Below, piece after piece: positions 45,057 to 54,049 of a stretch of 62,407 bases of DNA. The DNA lies in NCBI GenBank assembly GCA_003519445.1, contig DOWS01000046.1, positions 1-62,407 of the forward strand. The letters run 5' to 3'. The notes under the pieces are model-generated. The model worked only from the letters and a program-made list of their open reading frames with translations. It was not told where the DNA came from and did no database searches. The position numbers were made by a program, and so were the translations under genes. How positions within the stretch are numbered: the first letter of the stretch is position 1; every line of letters starts with the position of its first letter. The stretch comes from Candidatus Daviesbacteria bacterium (GTDB lineage Bacteria > Patescibacteriota > Microgenomatia > Daviesbacterales > UBA10151).

Positions 45057-46162
45057 AGATCTTAATACTATCTTGGAGAGGCCCAAAACATCCCAATGCG
45101 GGCGGTGCAGAAACTTCAACTCACGAACATGCCAAAGGTTGGGTTAGGGCCGGACATTCAGTAACACTTTTTACCTCTGATTACAAAGGAGCAAAGAAAC
45201 AGGAGGCTATAGACGGAGTTAGCATTATAAGATCCGGTTCCCAGGTACTTGGGGTTCAAATTGCGGTGCTAAAATGGTATCTTTTTGCAGCCCATCCTAA
45301 ATTTGATTTGGTAATAGATCAATTTCACGGCATCCCCTTTTTTACACCCTTTTTTGTGAGGGTTAAAAAAATGGCCTTTATCCATGAGGTCACAAAGGAA
45401 ATATGGAAATTTAATCCCTGGCCAAAACCCTGGTATTTTATTCCTGCCCTGCTCGGAAGTTTGCTGGAGCCTTTGATATTTAGGTTTCTTTATCAAAACA
45501 TTCCCTTTATGACGGTTTCAGAATCTACAAAAAAAGATCTAATTTCCTGGGGGATAAGTGATGGGAATATTACTGTAATACACAATGGGATAACAATTCC
45601 AAAACTAAAAATTCCGGAAAAAGAAAACAAAAAAACTTTAATTTATTTGGGAAGTTTAAGTAAAGATAAAGGAATAGAAGATGCTTTAAAAGTTTTTTCT
45701 TTGTTAAAAAATAAAGACTTCAGGTTTTGGGTAGCGGGAAAATCAGATCCGGGATATTTAAAATTCTTAAAGACAAAGAGTCAAAAATTGGACATTGGCA
45801 AAAGAGTAAAATTTTTTGGTTTTGTTTCGGAGATTAGAAAATTTGAATTGTTAGCAAAAGCGCATCTTTTAATTAACCCTTCTGTCCGGGAAGGATGGGG
45901 GCTGGTGGTAATTGAAGCGGCCAGAATGGGTACTCCATCTGTTGCTTATAATGTAGCTGGATTAAAAGATTCAGTGATAAACAATAAAACCGGCATTCTT
46001 TGTAATAATATGACACATGCAAATTTGGTAGAGGAAATTTTAAAGCTGCTTGAAGATGAAGAAAAACTACAAGAGATGAGTAAACAGGCAATTGCCTGGA
46101 GTAAAAAATTTAGATGGCATGAATCCGTAGCAAAAAGCCTTAAGTTGATTGACAAAGTGTAG
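45053..46162 (+). CDS. glycosyltransferase family 4 (GT-B)
   Basis: It has GPKHPNAGGAE near the N-terminus and REGWGLVVIEAARMGTPSVA. The start is uncertain: either the TTG at 45053 overlapping the upstream TGA (giving MKILILSW), or the tracker TTG at 45035. Confidence 0.85.
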   Translation: MKILILSWRGPKHPNAGGAETSTHEHAKGWVRAGHSVTLFTSDYKGAKKQEAIDGVSIIRSGSQVLGVQIAVLKWYLFAAHPKFDLVIDQFHGIPFFTPFFVRVKKMAFIHEVTKEIWKFNPWPKPWYFIPALLGSLLEPLIFRFLYQNIPFMTVSESTKKDLISWGISDGNITVIHNGITIPKLKIPEKENKKTLIYLGSLSKDKGIEDALKVFSLLKNKDFRFWVAGKSDPGYLKFLKTKSQKLDIGKRVKFFGFVSEIRKFELLAKAHLLINPSVREGWGLVVIEAARMGTPSVAYNVAGLKDSVINNKTGILCNNMTHANLVEEILKLLEDEEKLQEMSKQAIAWSKKFRWHESVAKSLKLIDKV

Positions 46163-46186
46163 ATATCTCTGCTATAAAATTACTTT

Positions 46187-47218
46187 ATGTCAAAAGATTA
46201 TAATTTAAAAGGCAAAAGGATTTTAATTACAGGAGGGGCATCTTTTATCGGGTCGCATCTTATTGATCATCTTTTGCCCAAAAAACCTAAAAACATTAGG
46301 GTTGTGGATGATCTGTCGGCCGGAAAAAAAGAGAATATTGCCGGATACATTAAATCTAAAACAGTAGAATTTATTTTAGGTGATTTAAAGCAGCAATCAG
46401 TTACCAGAAAAGCCGTTAAAAACATTGATTTAATTTTTCATTTGGCAGCAGATCATGGAGGAAGAGGTTATGTTGATCTTCACCAATCAGGTCCGGCTTC
46501 CAATAATTTTTTATCAGGATTGATATTTTGGGAAGCACTGTTGGCCGGAGTGGAGAAAATAGTCTATGCGTCATCGGGCTGCGTTTATCCAAATCATATC
46601 CAAAAAGATCCAAAAAAGATTCTTTATTTAACCGAAGATATGGTTGGTCCGCCTTTTGATCCGGATAATGAATATGGTTGGGAAAAGTTAACCAGCGAAA
46701 GAGTGCTTCGGGCATATTGCAAAGAAAGAGGTTTGAGAGCTGCTTCCTGCAGGTATTTTACTGTTTACGGACCAAAAGGCAAAGAAGATCATGCGGTGAT
46801 TGCTTTTATAGCGAGAGCTTTCATCGGTCAGGATCCGTTTGAAGTTTGGGGCAATGGTAAACAAATTAGAAACTGGACTTATGTTTCTGATATTGCCAAG
46901 GGAACAATTTTGGCGGCGGAGAAAATTGACAACGGAGCCGGCATCAATTTGGGGACAATGGAAAGAGTAACAGTATTAGAGGCGGTTGCGGAGGTTTTAA
47001 AGTACACCGGGCATAAAACTAGGATTAAACTGTTAAAAAATATGCCTACAGGTCCCATGAACAGAGTGGCAGATAATAGTTTGGCTAAAAAGCTTTTGGG
47101 TTGGGAGCCGGAAGTTAAATTTAATGAGGGACTGCATAAAACTATTGACTGGTATTTTGCCAATAAAACCAGAGAAGAAGTTAGAAACAAGTTTGCGCAG
47201 AAATTAACGGAGAGATGA
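46187..47218 (+). CDS. NAD-dependent nucleotide-sugar epimerase/dehydratase (extended SDR)
   Basis: 343 aa with GGASFIGSHL, a YASSGCVYP serine region and YGWEK (YxxxK). Confidence 0.85.
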   Translation: MSKDYNLKGKRILITGGASFIGSHLIDHLLPKKPKNIRVVDDLSAGKKENIAGYIKSKTVEFILGDLKQQSVTRKAVKNIDLIFHLAADHGGRGYVDLHQSGPASNNFLSGLIFWEALLAGVEKIVYASSGCVYPNHIQKDPKKILYLTEDMVGPPFDPDNEYGWEKLTSERVLRAYCKERGLRAASCRYFTVYGPKGKEDHAVIAFIARAFIGQDPFEVWGNGKQIRNWTYVSDIAKGTILAAEKIDNGAGINLGTMERVTVLEAVAEVLKYTGHKTRIKLLKNMPTGPMNRVADNSLAKKLLGWEPEVKFNEGLHKTIDWYFANKTREEVRNKFAQKLTER

Positions 47219-47920
47219 GTACTTCGGCAGGTTTGAAAAATAAACTTTCCAGATAGCTTTTAAAACATTAATTCCGTCTTGCAATGCTCTAATTCCGGAG
47301 GTTCCGCCCACTCTTTTGGTATAAGTTATAGGGATTTGCACTAAATTCATGCCCATCCGGCAAGCTTTGGTGACTGTTTCCGCTTCATATTCAAAATGTC
47401 TTTCTTTTAAATCAAGTGCCAAGAAAGCATTTCTTTTAAATCCTTTGAAACCGGCCATAACATCGGTAATCCGTTTTCCGCAGCCAATGGAGGTAGCAGC
47501 AGACATTACCCAGTTGCCAAAGTAGTTTTGAAAAGTGATAGACCCCTTTTCTATTTTGCCGTTACTAAATCTGGTGCCGATAACGACATCAGCCCCTTTA
47601 TCAAGCGCCTCTACAAATAAGGGAATCTCAAAGGGCTGAAATTGATGATCCGTATCGATTTGGATAATATAGTCGCCTGTAGCCAAAAGCCCTCCCGCCC
47701 AAAAATCAGCCCCCTTGCCTCTTTTAAAGGGGAAACGCAAGATTCTATCTACCCGCATTCTTTTGGCAATCTCTATAGTTTTATCTTTGGATGCGGCATC
47801 TGCCACAATAATTTCTATTGGAAAAAATTTCTTTAAGACTCGACAATCCTTAATAGTTCTTCCAATATTTTTTTCCTCATTATAGGAGGTTAAAATTATA
47901 CTGACTAGTTTTGCTTTCAT
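47204..47920 (-). CDS. GT2 polyprenol-phosphate sugar synthase-like (DPM1-type)
   Basis: 238 aa with VSIILTSYNEEKNI, ADAASKDKT, RGKGADF and IQIDTDHQ. Its 3' end overlaps 46187..47218 by 15 nt. Confidence 0.85.
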   Translation of the reverse strand: MKAKLVSIILTSYNEEKNIGRTIKDCRVLKKFFPIEIIVADAASKDKTIEIAKRMRVDRILRFPFKRGKGADFWAGGLLATGDYIIQIDTDHQFQPFEIPLFVEALDKGADVVIGTRFSNGKIEKGSITFQNYFGNWVMSAATSIGCGKRITDVMAGFKGFKRNAFLALDLKERHFEYEAETVTKACRMGMNLVQIPITYTKRVGGTSGIRALQDGINVLKAIWKVYFSNLPKYSSLR

Positions 47921-47991
47921 GGCATTTTGGTAAAGTTTAGCTTATCTTATAGCCTTGTTTCTGTCAATAATCGAAAAATCTGTGATTGACA

Positions 47992-49023
47992 TTAAGGAAA
48001 ATAATTAAGGTGGCATTGCGGATATGCACCCCGAGCATAATGATAAGCGCCATTGGTTGTAATTCTAACTTCTTCCATGCGTAGATTGATTCCTTTTATC
48101 GTAAACCATGCTCCAATAAATTCTTTGCACTCTTCTGTAATTCCAAAGGGGGGTCTTTTCTTGTCAAACCAAAATTGCATACTTGGTCCTGCTCCGGAAA
48201 CAGCAAGAGCAATGCGGTATTTTTCATAAAGCTCATGCTTCAATGCGGCAAATTCACTTGCCGAAAAATTTCCATATATCCCCTCTTCTGCTCGCCGTGG
48301 TTCATGGTATTCGTCTCCTAGGACAAACTTTAGGAAATCACCTACATTGCCTCTTTCTAATGATAAAGCTCCTGCTACTGCTCGCCCAACTTGCCTGACT
48401 AAAAGTTTTCCTTCCACAGGATCTTCAAGAACTTTCCTGGTACTTTCTGTTCCTTCCGTCTTTTGATGGGAAGAAAAACCTATTGCCAAACCTAAGTCTC
48501 TTGGAGGTGGTACTTGGACAACAAACAATTCCTTGCTACTGGGCACATCAGATAAAAAGACTATTCCTCCTAATACTGATGGTGCTACATTATCTTTATG
48601 TTCTTGTGGTTCACCTTTTGCGCTGGCTATAATTATATCTCGGGTAGAAACAGATTGTCCGAATAAAACAGCCGCAGCAATAACAGCTCCTGTAGCTTCT
48701 GCTCCGGAAGAACCGGTTCCTCCACTCAAAAAACCTTCTCTGCTGATATCCTTAATGGTTAATCTACAGCCTTGTTGCCCTTTGTCTATGCTTTTAAGAT
48801 ATTGCTCCAATGCTCTTACTCCTGCATATCCCCGTTCCCGTCCTCTAGGAACAGGAATATCACTTATTGCTAGCAAATCAATAGCATTTCCATCAATTAG
48901 CTCAAGAGTAACTTCTAACATCCAATCTTGGATTGCTGCGCCGGCTCTATCAAAATAGGGTCCTAAATTTGCTGTTGAACCGGGAACTTGAATAGTCACC
49001 CGATCAAGGTGTTCAATTGCCAT
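47992..49023 (-). CDS. GHMP-family kinase, homoserine-kinase (ThrB)-like
   Basis: It has VPGSTANLGPYFD (motif I), an atypical motif II GGTGSSGAEATGAVIAAAV, EHKDNVAPSVLGG and VSGAGPS. I prefer the ATG at 49023 (MAIEHLD...), because the tracker's N-terminal 21 aa run into a repeat element. Confidence 0.8.
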   Translation of the reverse strand: MAIEHLDRVTIQVPGSTANLGPYFDRAGAAIQDWMLEVTLELIDGNAIDLLAISDIPVPRGRERGYAGVRALEQYLKSIDKGQQGCRLTIKDISREGFLSGGTGSSGAEATGAVIAAAVLFGQSVSTRDIIIASAKGEPQEHKDNVAPSVLGGIVFLSDVPSSKELFVVQVPPPRDLGLAIGFSSHQKTEGTESTRKVLEDPVEGKLLVRQVGRAVAGALSLERGNVGDFLKFVLGDEYHEPRRAEEGIYGNFSASEFAALKHELYEKYRIALAVSGAGPSMQFWFDKKRPPFGITEECKEFIGAWFTIKGINLRMEEVRITTNGAYHYARGAYPQCHLNYFP

Positions 49024-49091
49024 AATTACAGGACAGAAGTAAAATATAACAAAAATCACGCTAAAAGTCAAACACGAGTTTCGCACTTGTC

Positions 49092-49111
49092 ATTCCTGCG
49101 AATGCAGGAAT
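49092..49111. repeat. perfect palindromic hairpin attcctgc-gaat-gcaggaat
   Basis: It has an 8-bp stem and a 4-nt loop. It belongs to the 'VIPA.AGI'-type GC-rich palindrome family that generates spurious ORFs in many genomes. Confidence 0.8.
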
Positions 49112-49143
49112 CTAATTAACAACTTATGCTTATTCGTAATTGG

Positions 49144-49163
49144 ATCCCCGCCTGCGCGGGGAT
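49144..49163. repeat. perfect palindromic hairpin atccccgc-ctgc-gcggggat
   Basis: It has an 8-bp stem and a 4-nt loop, and is of the 'RLRGDD'-type GC-rich palindrome family. Confidence 0.8.
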
Positions 49164-49261
49164 GACGGGAAAAACCAAAGATGAGAAATACTGCGAAACT
49201 TGTGTCAAAATGCGAAATCATATTGATTTTGGCAATGCTTTGTAGTAGGATCGTTTAGTTT

Positions 49262-50590
49262 ATGGATGATAAAAAGATTGCTATTTTTGGGGTGGGAAGA
49301 GTAGGGCTGCCATTAGCTTTGGTTTTGGCAGAAAAAGGATTTGTTGTTACAGGTATTGATGTTGACCCTTACAGGATAAATCTTTTAAAACATAAAATTA
49401 TGCCTTTTATGGAAGAAGGCGCAGCACAGCTTTTGGAAAAACACAGCGGTAAAAATTTTCAAGTTTTTTCTCAAGAACATATAGATAGGATAGTAGCCGA
49501 AAACGCAGTAATTATCTTTACTCTGGGTACACCGATAGATGACACATATAGTCCTAATTTTTCCGATATAGAAAAATTAATCAGGAGAATCTCCCCGGTT
49601 ATTAAATCCGGACATACTATAATTTTACGGAGTACGGTTTCTCCCGGCGCTACCGAGCAGCTGGCAAGACAATTGGAAGAGCAAACAAAACTGATTTTGG
49701 GGAAAACCTTATTTTTAGCATATTGTCCCGAGAGAATTGCAGAAGGTAAATCTGTGGAAGAACTGGGGCAAATACCGCAAATTATTGGCAGTTTGGAAGA
49801 AAGTAGCGCCAAAAAAGCCGCAAACATTTTTGAAAAGATTGCCCCAAAGATTTTATTTACCAACACCAGATCTGCAGAACTGGCCAAGTTATTTTGCAAT
49901 ATGTACCGCTACATAGATTTTGCCATTGGTAATGAATTCATGATGATTGCGGAAAGTTATGGATGTGATATTTACGACGTATTAAAGCTTGTTAATAACG
50001 ACTACAAAAGGGCAGGGCTAAAATCACCGGGATTAACAGCAGGGCCATGTCTTGTCAAAGATGGTTTCTTTTTGATAGACAAGAGCCCTTATATGGAACT
50101 GGTCACAGCGGCCTGGAGATTAAACGAGAATATCCCCGGGTATCTACTATCAAGAATAAAGGAACAAGTTGGGGATTTAACCAAGAAAAAAGTAGCTATT
50201 TTAGGTCTGGCTTTTAAAAAAAATATAGACGATACCCGCTATTCACTGTCTCCCAAACTAAAAAGATATTTTCTGGCAGAAGGCGCCAAGGTTTCTGTCA
50301 GTGATCCTTTTATCGATTCCCAGCCGCTTGAAGATGCCCTTTTGGGTGCGGAGATTTTAATTATCGGAGTGAATCACGATGTTTTTAAAAATATCACTTT
50401 TGAATACCTCTCAAAATTTGTCTCTTCCGATTGCATTATTGCGGATATCTGGAATATTTTCCAAACCGGTAAGATTGTTTTTTATTTTAAGGATGTTTTA
50501 AAAAAGGGTAAGACCGAAATCAAACCCAACGGAGAGATGAAAACCTATGAAAAAAATAAGCACTTGGAACGGAGAAGAGTATCGGCGTGA
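49262..50590 (+). CDS. nucleotide-sugar 6-dehydrogenase (UDP-glucose/GDP-mannose dehydrogenase family)
   Basis: 442 aa with the Rossmann motif IAIFGVGRVGLPLALVLAEKGF, CPERIAEGK and KLFCNMYRY. The possible promoter TTGATT-17 nt-TAGGAT is at 49223-49251. Confidence 0.9.
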   Translation: MDDKKIAIFGVGRVGLPLALVLAEKGFVVTGIDVDPYRINLLKHKIMPFMEEGAAQLLEKHSGKNFQVFSQEHIDRIVAENAVIIFTLGTPIDDTYSPNFSDIEKLIRRISPVIKSGHTIILRSTVSPGATEQLARQLEEQTKLILGKTLFLAYCPERIAEGKSVEELGQIPQIIGSLEESSAKKAANIFEKIAPKILFTNTRSAELAKLFCNMYRYIDFAIGNEFMMIAESYGCDIYDVLKLVNNDYKRAGLKSPGLTAGPCLVKDGFFLIDKSPYMELVTAAWRLNENIPGYLLSRIKEQVGDLTKKKVAILGLAFKKNIDDTRYSLSPKLKRYFLAEGAKVSVSDPFIDSQPLEDALLGAEILIIGVNHDVFKNITFEYLSKFVSSDCIIADIWNIFQTGKIVFYFKDVLKKGKTEIKPNGEMKTYEKNKHLERRRVSA

Positions 50591-51537
50591 AAACAAAAGT
50601 GCTAGTTACAGGTGGCGCGGGGTTTATTGGTAGCGAAGTGGTTAAACAACTTCTGGAAAAAGGGTATCAAGTTCGCGTTGCTGATGATTTATCCAAAAAA
50701 GAAGCAAAAGTACCTGCGAATTGCGAATTTTTAAGAGTGGATCTGACAAATAAAGATGCGGCAGTAAGAGCTATGGATGAAGTTGATTATTGCATCCATC
50801 TGGCTGCCAAAATTGGGGGGATAGGCTATTTTCATAAATACCCTGCCACAATTTTATCCGAAAACAATAAAATGTACTCAAGCGTTTTTGAAGCGGCAGT
50901 TGCAAAAAAGATCAAGAGAATAATCTATCTTTCTTCATCAATGGTTTTTGAATCAACAGATAGTTTTCCAAGCAAAGAGAAAGATATTGGTAAGATCCCT
51001 CCGCCGGTTTCAAGTTACGGATTTTCAAAACTGGTAGGCGAGTGGTATTGCAGATCATTCTTTGATGAACATGGACTTAAATATACTATTATCAGGCCTT
51101 TTAATGCCTATGGAATTAATGAAGCGCCGGGTGAGGAAGTGGGGTATGCCCATGTTATACCGGATCTAATAAAAAAGATTTTAGCCGGCCAATATCCGCT
51201 TGCGCTTTTAGGTGACGGTAAACAAACCAGATGTTTTACTCATGTATCGGATATTGCCCAAGGGATTATTCTGGCCATGGAATCAAGCAAGGCGGAAAAC
51301 GAAGATTTTAATATCGGCTCGGAGAAGGAAATGACAATGTTGCAGCTGGCAAAGTTGCTTTGGGAAAAATGCCAAATGAAAAAGGCTTTTAAGGTAAAAT
51401 ATGTCCCCGGCTTTAAATATGATATAAGAAAAAGAGTGCCTTCTTCAAAAAAAGCAAAAAAAGTTTTGGGGTGGATTGAGAAGAAAAAATTTGCAGAAGA
51501 GTTGCCAAAAGTGATAGAGTGGATTAAAATGCAGTAA
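50587..51537 (+). CDS. NAD-dependent nucleotide-sugar epimerase/dehydratase (extended SDR)
   Basis: 316 aa with GGAGFIGSE and YGFSK (YxxxK). Its GTG start overlaps the upstream TGA. Confidence 0.9.
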   Translation: MKTKVLVTGGAGFIGSEVVKQLLEKGYQVRVADDLSKKEAKVPANCEFLRVDLTNKDAAVRAMDEVDYCIHLAAKIGGIGYFHKYPATILSENNKMYSSVFEAAVAKKIKRIIYLSSSMVFESTDSFPSKEKDIGKIPPPVSSYGFSKLVGEWYCRSFFDEHGLKYTIIRPFNAYGINEAPGEEVGYAHVIPDLIKKILAGQYPLALLGDGKQTRCFTHVSDIAQGIILAMESSKAENEDFNIGSEKEMTMLQLAKLLWEKCQMKKAFKVKYVPGFKYDIRKRVPSSKKAKKVLGWIEKKKFAEELPKVIEWIKMQ

Positions 51538-51538
51538 A

Positions 51539-52036
51539 ATGAATATGAGTAAATTAATTATTAAAATAACTTCTTTTTTAATAATCCCCTTGTTGATAAC
51601 AGGGCTGGTTTTTGCAGACAATGCATCTTTAAGTTTACCAAATACCAAAATAAATCCGGGCTCTTTTTACTATCCTGTAAAAAGATTATGGGAAAAAGGG
51701 CAGGAGAAATTACAATTTAGTAAACAGGCGAAAATAAATTTCTATCAGTCCTTATTAAAAACTAAGCTATCAGAATTAAATTATGTTGTAGAAAAAAAAT
51801 TTCTGTCAGAGGTACAAAGTGCCAGTGAACGGTTTGCCTACCAAGCAGGAATTTTGACAGAGGAGCTAATAAGACAAAATAAATCTGCAGATAAAGAAAA
51901 TGTTATAAAAGAATTTGAGAGATTTAGTCCATTTTTAGATACCCTACGGGATAAGTATGAAGCGAATTCCAGTTATTGGATGCTGATTCAGCATGATATT
52001 AATACTCTGGGAATACTTTCAGCGCAGCTTAAATAA
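51539..52036 (+). CDS. secreted hypothetical protein, DUF5667-like
   Basis: 165 aa with a signal/TM N-terminus. The PGSFYYPVKRLWEKGQE motif is typical of the DUF5667 N-terminus common in CPR genomes. Confidence 0.5.
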   Translation: MNMSKLIIKITSFLIIPLLITGLVFADNASLSLPNTKINPGSFYYPVKRLWEKGQEKLQFSKQAKINFYQSLLKTKLSELNYVVEKKFLSEVQSASERFAYQAGILTEELIRQNKSADKENVIKEFERFSPFLDTLRDKYEANSSYWMLIQHDINTLGILSAQLK

Positions 52037-52039
52037 TTT

Positions 52040-52735
52040 CTATCGAATAAATCTTTCTTGCCCAATTGGTCCGACAAACAACTTGCCTATATCTCTTGCT
52101 TTCAGATAAGTAAATAATTCATCAAAACTTGCTAATTCACCTGTGGCTTGATATCGAAAAACTCTTTCAAGTTCATCCCGAATATGGTCAACTCTGGGTT
52201 TTTCCTGAAAACCTTGATTGCCTCTCACTTCTGCTTGCCACGGAGTATCAGGAGGAGCAGCGGTATAAATAGCCATCATATATCCGGATTGTTCCATCGC
52301 CTGTACCATTCCTAGAGTGGCCCGCAAAAGCTGATGTGGTTGAGCCAAAATAACCCCGCTTAACCATCCTCTTTCTTCAGCCTGTTTCACGAAGGCCTCA
52401 TTTTCATGTCGGGTGTGAAATGCTCTCATATCGGGATGTAGAATTTTTTCAGGTGGAACCCTATGTTTTTGAGTTAATTGATTAATACACCAGCTCATAC
52501 CCGGATTTGCCTCATAAGGAGTGGTGCTGCCAACTCTTTCGCCTTCGTTATTTGTAATTGTTATGAATCCCACTTGTCTAATCATTGCCCTGGCTATTTC
52601 AAAAAGGCCGGTATAATCCCCAAAAGAACGGTTATGAAAAAAAAGCACATCAACTCCCCCTCTAGGTTGTCCACTTAAAAGCATTACAGTTGCTTGATAA
52701 AGCCTTAACTCTTCGCTAGGATTGTCTAAAAGCAT
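52040..52735 (-). CDS. DUF218/YdcF-like protein (tentative)
   Basis: 231 aa with HTRHENEAFV (compare T.eNa) and ILAQPHQLLRA (compare vT..H..Ra). It is visibly more G+C-rich than its neighbours. Confidence 0.45.
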   Translation of the reverse strand: MLLDNPSEELRLYQATVMLLSGQPRGGVDVLFFHNRSFGDYTGLFEIARAMIRQVGFITITNNEGERVGSTTPYEANPGMSWCINQLTQKHRVPPEKILHPDMRAFHTRHENEAFVKQAEERGWLSGVILAQPHQLLRATLGMVQAMEQSGYMMAIYTAAPPDTPWQAEVRGNQGFQEKPRVDHIRDELERVFRYQATGELASFDELFTYLKARDIGKLFVGPIGQERFIR

Positions 52736-52804
52736 AGTTACAAATTATATCACTATAGGGTCGTAGTTTCAACTATTGAAATAACTACTTTCTCAAAGTA
52801 GAAT

Positions 52805-54049
52805 ATGCCAGTGAGTAAAAAAGAAGTAGTGAAATTAGATAATTGTAGGGCTTGTGACAGTAGCGACCTATTACTTTTTCTTCAATTGGGACCGACACCC
52901 GTACCAAATGGATTTTTAAAGGCACACCACCGGCATAAGGCAGAAAAGTTTTATCCTTTGGATGTTTGTTTTTGTAAAGATTGCGGATTGGTACAATTGG
53001 CCCATGTTGTTTCCCCCAAAGTAATGTTTAAAAATTATGTATATATTCCTTCAACTTCCGAAACTATGCGTATTCATTTTACATCCCTTACAAAACAGGC
53101 AATTAAGAAAACAAATGCTAAAGAGGAAGATATGGTTTTGGATATTGGTTCAAATGACGGTACCCTTCTAAATGCATTCAAAATACAAAAAATGAAAATA
53201 TTAGGTGTTGACCCGGCGGAGAATCTTGCCAAAAAAGCCAATAAAGAGGGAATTAATACTATATGCGCTTTGTTTACAAAAGAGTTGGCAAAAAAAATAA
53301 AAAAAGAATACGGCCAAGTAAAAATTATTACAGCTACCAATGTAGTGGCTCACATACACGACCTGCATGATTTTTTGGAAGGAATAAAAATTTTACTTTC
53401 CGGTAAGGGATTATTTATTGCAGAATTTCCCTATCTTTGTGATTTAATTGAGGAAGTGGAATTTGATACAATTTATCAAGAACATCTTTCATATTTTTCA
53501 ATTTCGCCGTTTGATAAACTTCTAAAAAAACACGGTTTAAAGTTAATAGATGTTGAAAGACTCTCTGTACATGGGGGTTCGGTCAGAGTATTTATCAGTA
53601 ATAAAGGTGTAAACAGCCTTGAGGTAAAGAAACTATTGCAACTGGAGAAAAATAAAAAACTTTTGAGTCCGGAGACATACCTGAAATTCAGAAGAAAAGT
53701 AGATAAAATTCGACATGAATTGGTTCAACAGCTTTGGAGCTTGCGCCTTAAAGGTAAAAGTATTGTCGGATATGGTGCATCGGCGAAAGGGAATGTAATG
53801 CTTAATTATTGCAGAATTGGACCTGAAACTCTTGATTATATAGTAGATTCAATTCCCTATAAGCAGGGAAAATATACCCCGGGGATGCATATTCCAATAT
53901 ATCCGGAGGCCAAGTTACTGGAAGATATGCCGGATTATACATTGCTTTTGGCATGGAATTTTGCAGACGAGATTATCAAGAAACAAGCAGAGTATCGCAA
54001 AAGGGGCGGAAAATTTATACTGGCTATTCCAAAACTCGCAATTGTTTAG
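52805..54049 (+). CDS. NDP-hexose C-methyltransferase (TylCIII/NovU-type, SAM-dependent)
   Basis: 414 aa. It has the N-terminal Zn-ribbon CRACDSSDL...LGPTPVPNGF...CKDCGLVQL, followed by YIPSTSETM, DIGSNDGTLL and a C-terminal Methyltransf_14-like domain. Confidence 0.8.
   Translation: MPVSKKEVVKLDNCRACDSSDLLLFLQLGPTPVPNGFLKAHHRHKAEKFYPLDVCFCKDCGLVQLAHVVSPKVMFKNYVYIPSTSETMRIHFTSLTKQAIKKTNAKEEDMVLDIGSNDGTLLNAFKIQKMKILGVDPAENLAKKANKEGINTICALFTKELAKKIKKEYGQVKIITATNVVAHIHDLHDFLEGIKILLSGKGLFIAEFPYLCDLIEEVEFDTIYQEHLSYFSISPFDKLLKKHGLKLIDVERLSVHGGSVRVFISNKGVNSLEVKKLLQLEKNKKLLSPETYLKFRRKVDKIRHELVQQLWSLRLKGKSIVGYGASAKGNVMLNYCRIGPETLDYIVDSIPYKQGKYTPGMHIPIYPEAKLLEDMPDYTLLLAWNFADEIIKKQAEYRKRGGKFILAIPKLAIV

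Larger units (their letters stand above)
49072..49205. mobile_element. MITE-like/REP-like insert: 14-nt imperfect inverted repeats flanking two GC-rich hairpins
   Basis: The arms are acacgagtttcgca (49072-49085) and tgcgaaacttgtgt (49192-49205), complementary at 13/14 positions. They enclose two hairpins, each with an 8-bp stem and a 4-nt loop. Confidence 0.35.

Noticed and set aside
48533-48958. 141-aa plus-strand ORF antisense to the GHMP kinase gene
   Set aside because: It lies entirely within, and opposite to, a gene with clear family motifs. It is low-complexity Ala/Pro/Ser-rich, as expected for the mirror frame of a G+C-richer gene. It has no start context or recognisable motif.
49471-49899. 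142-aa minus-strand ORF antisense to the nucleotide-sugar dehydrogenase
   Set aside because: The plus-strand gene has unambiguous Rossmann and UDPG_MGDP_dh motifs. The antisense frame has no motif and is Ser/Ile-rich.
52736-52804. Imperfect inverted repeat (tagtttcaactattgaaataacta) in the divergent region between DUF218-like and C-methyltransferase genes
   Set aside because: It is AT-rich, imperfect and short, and cannot be distinguished from chance by eye.
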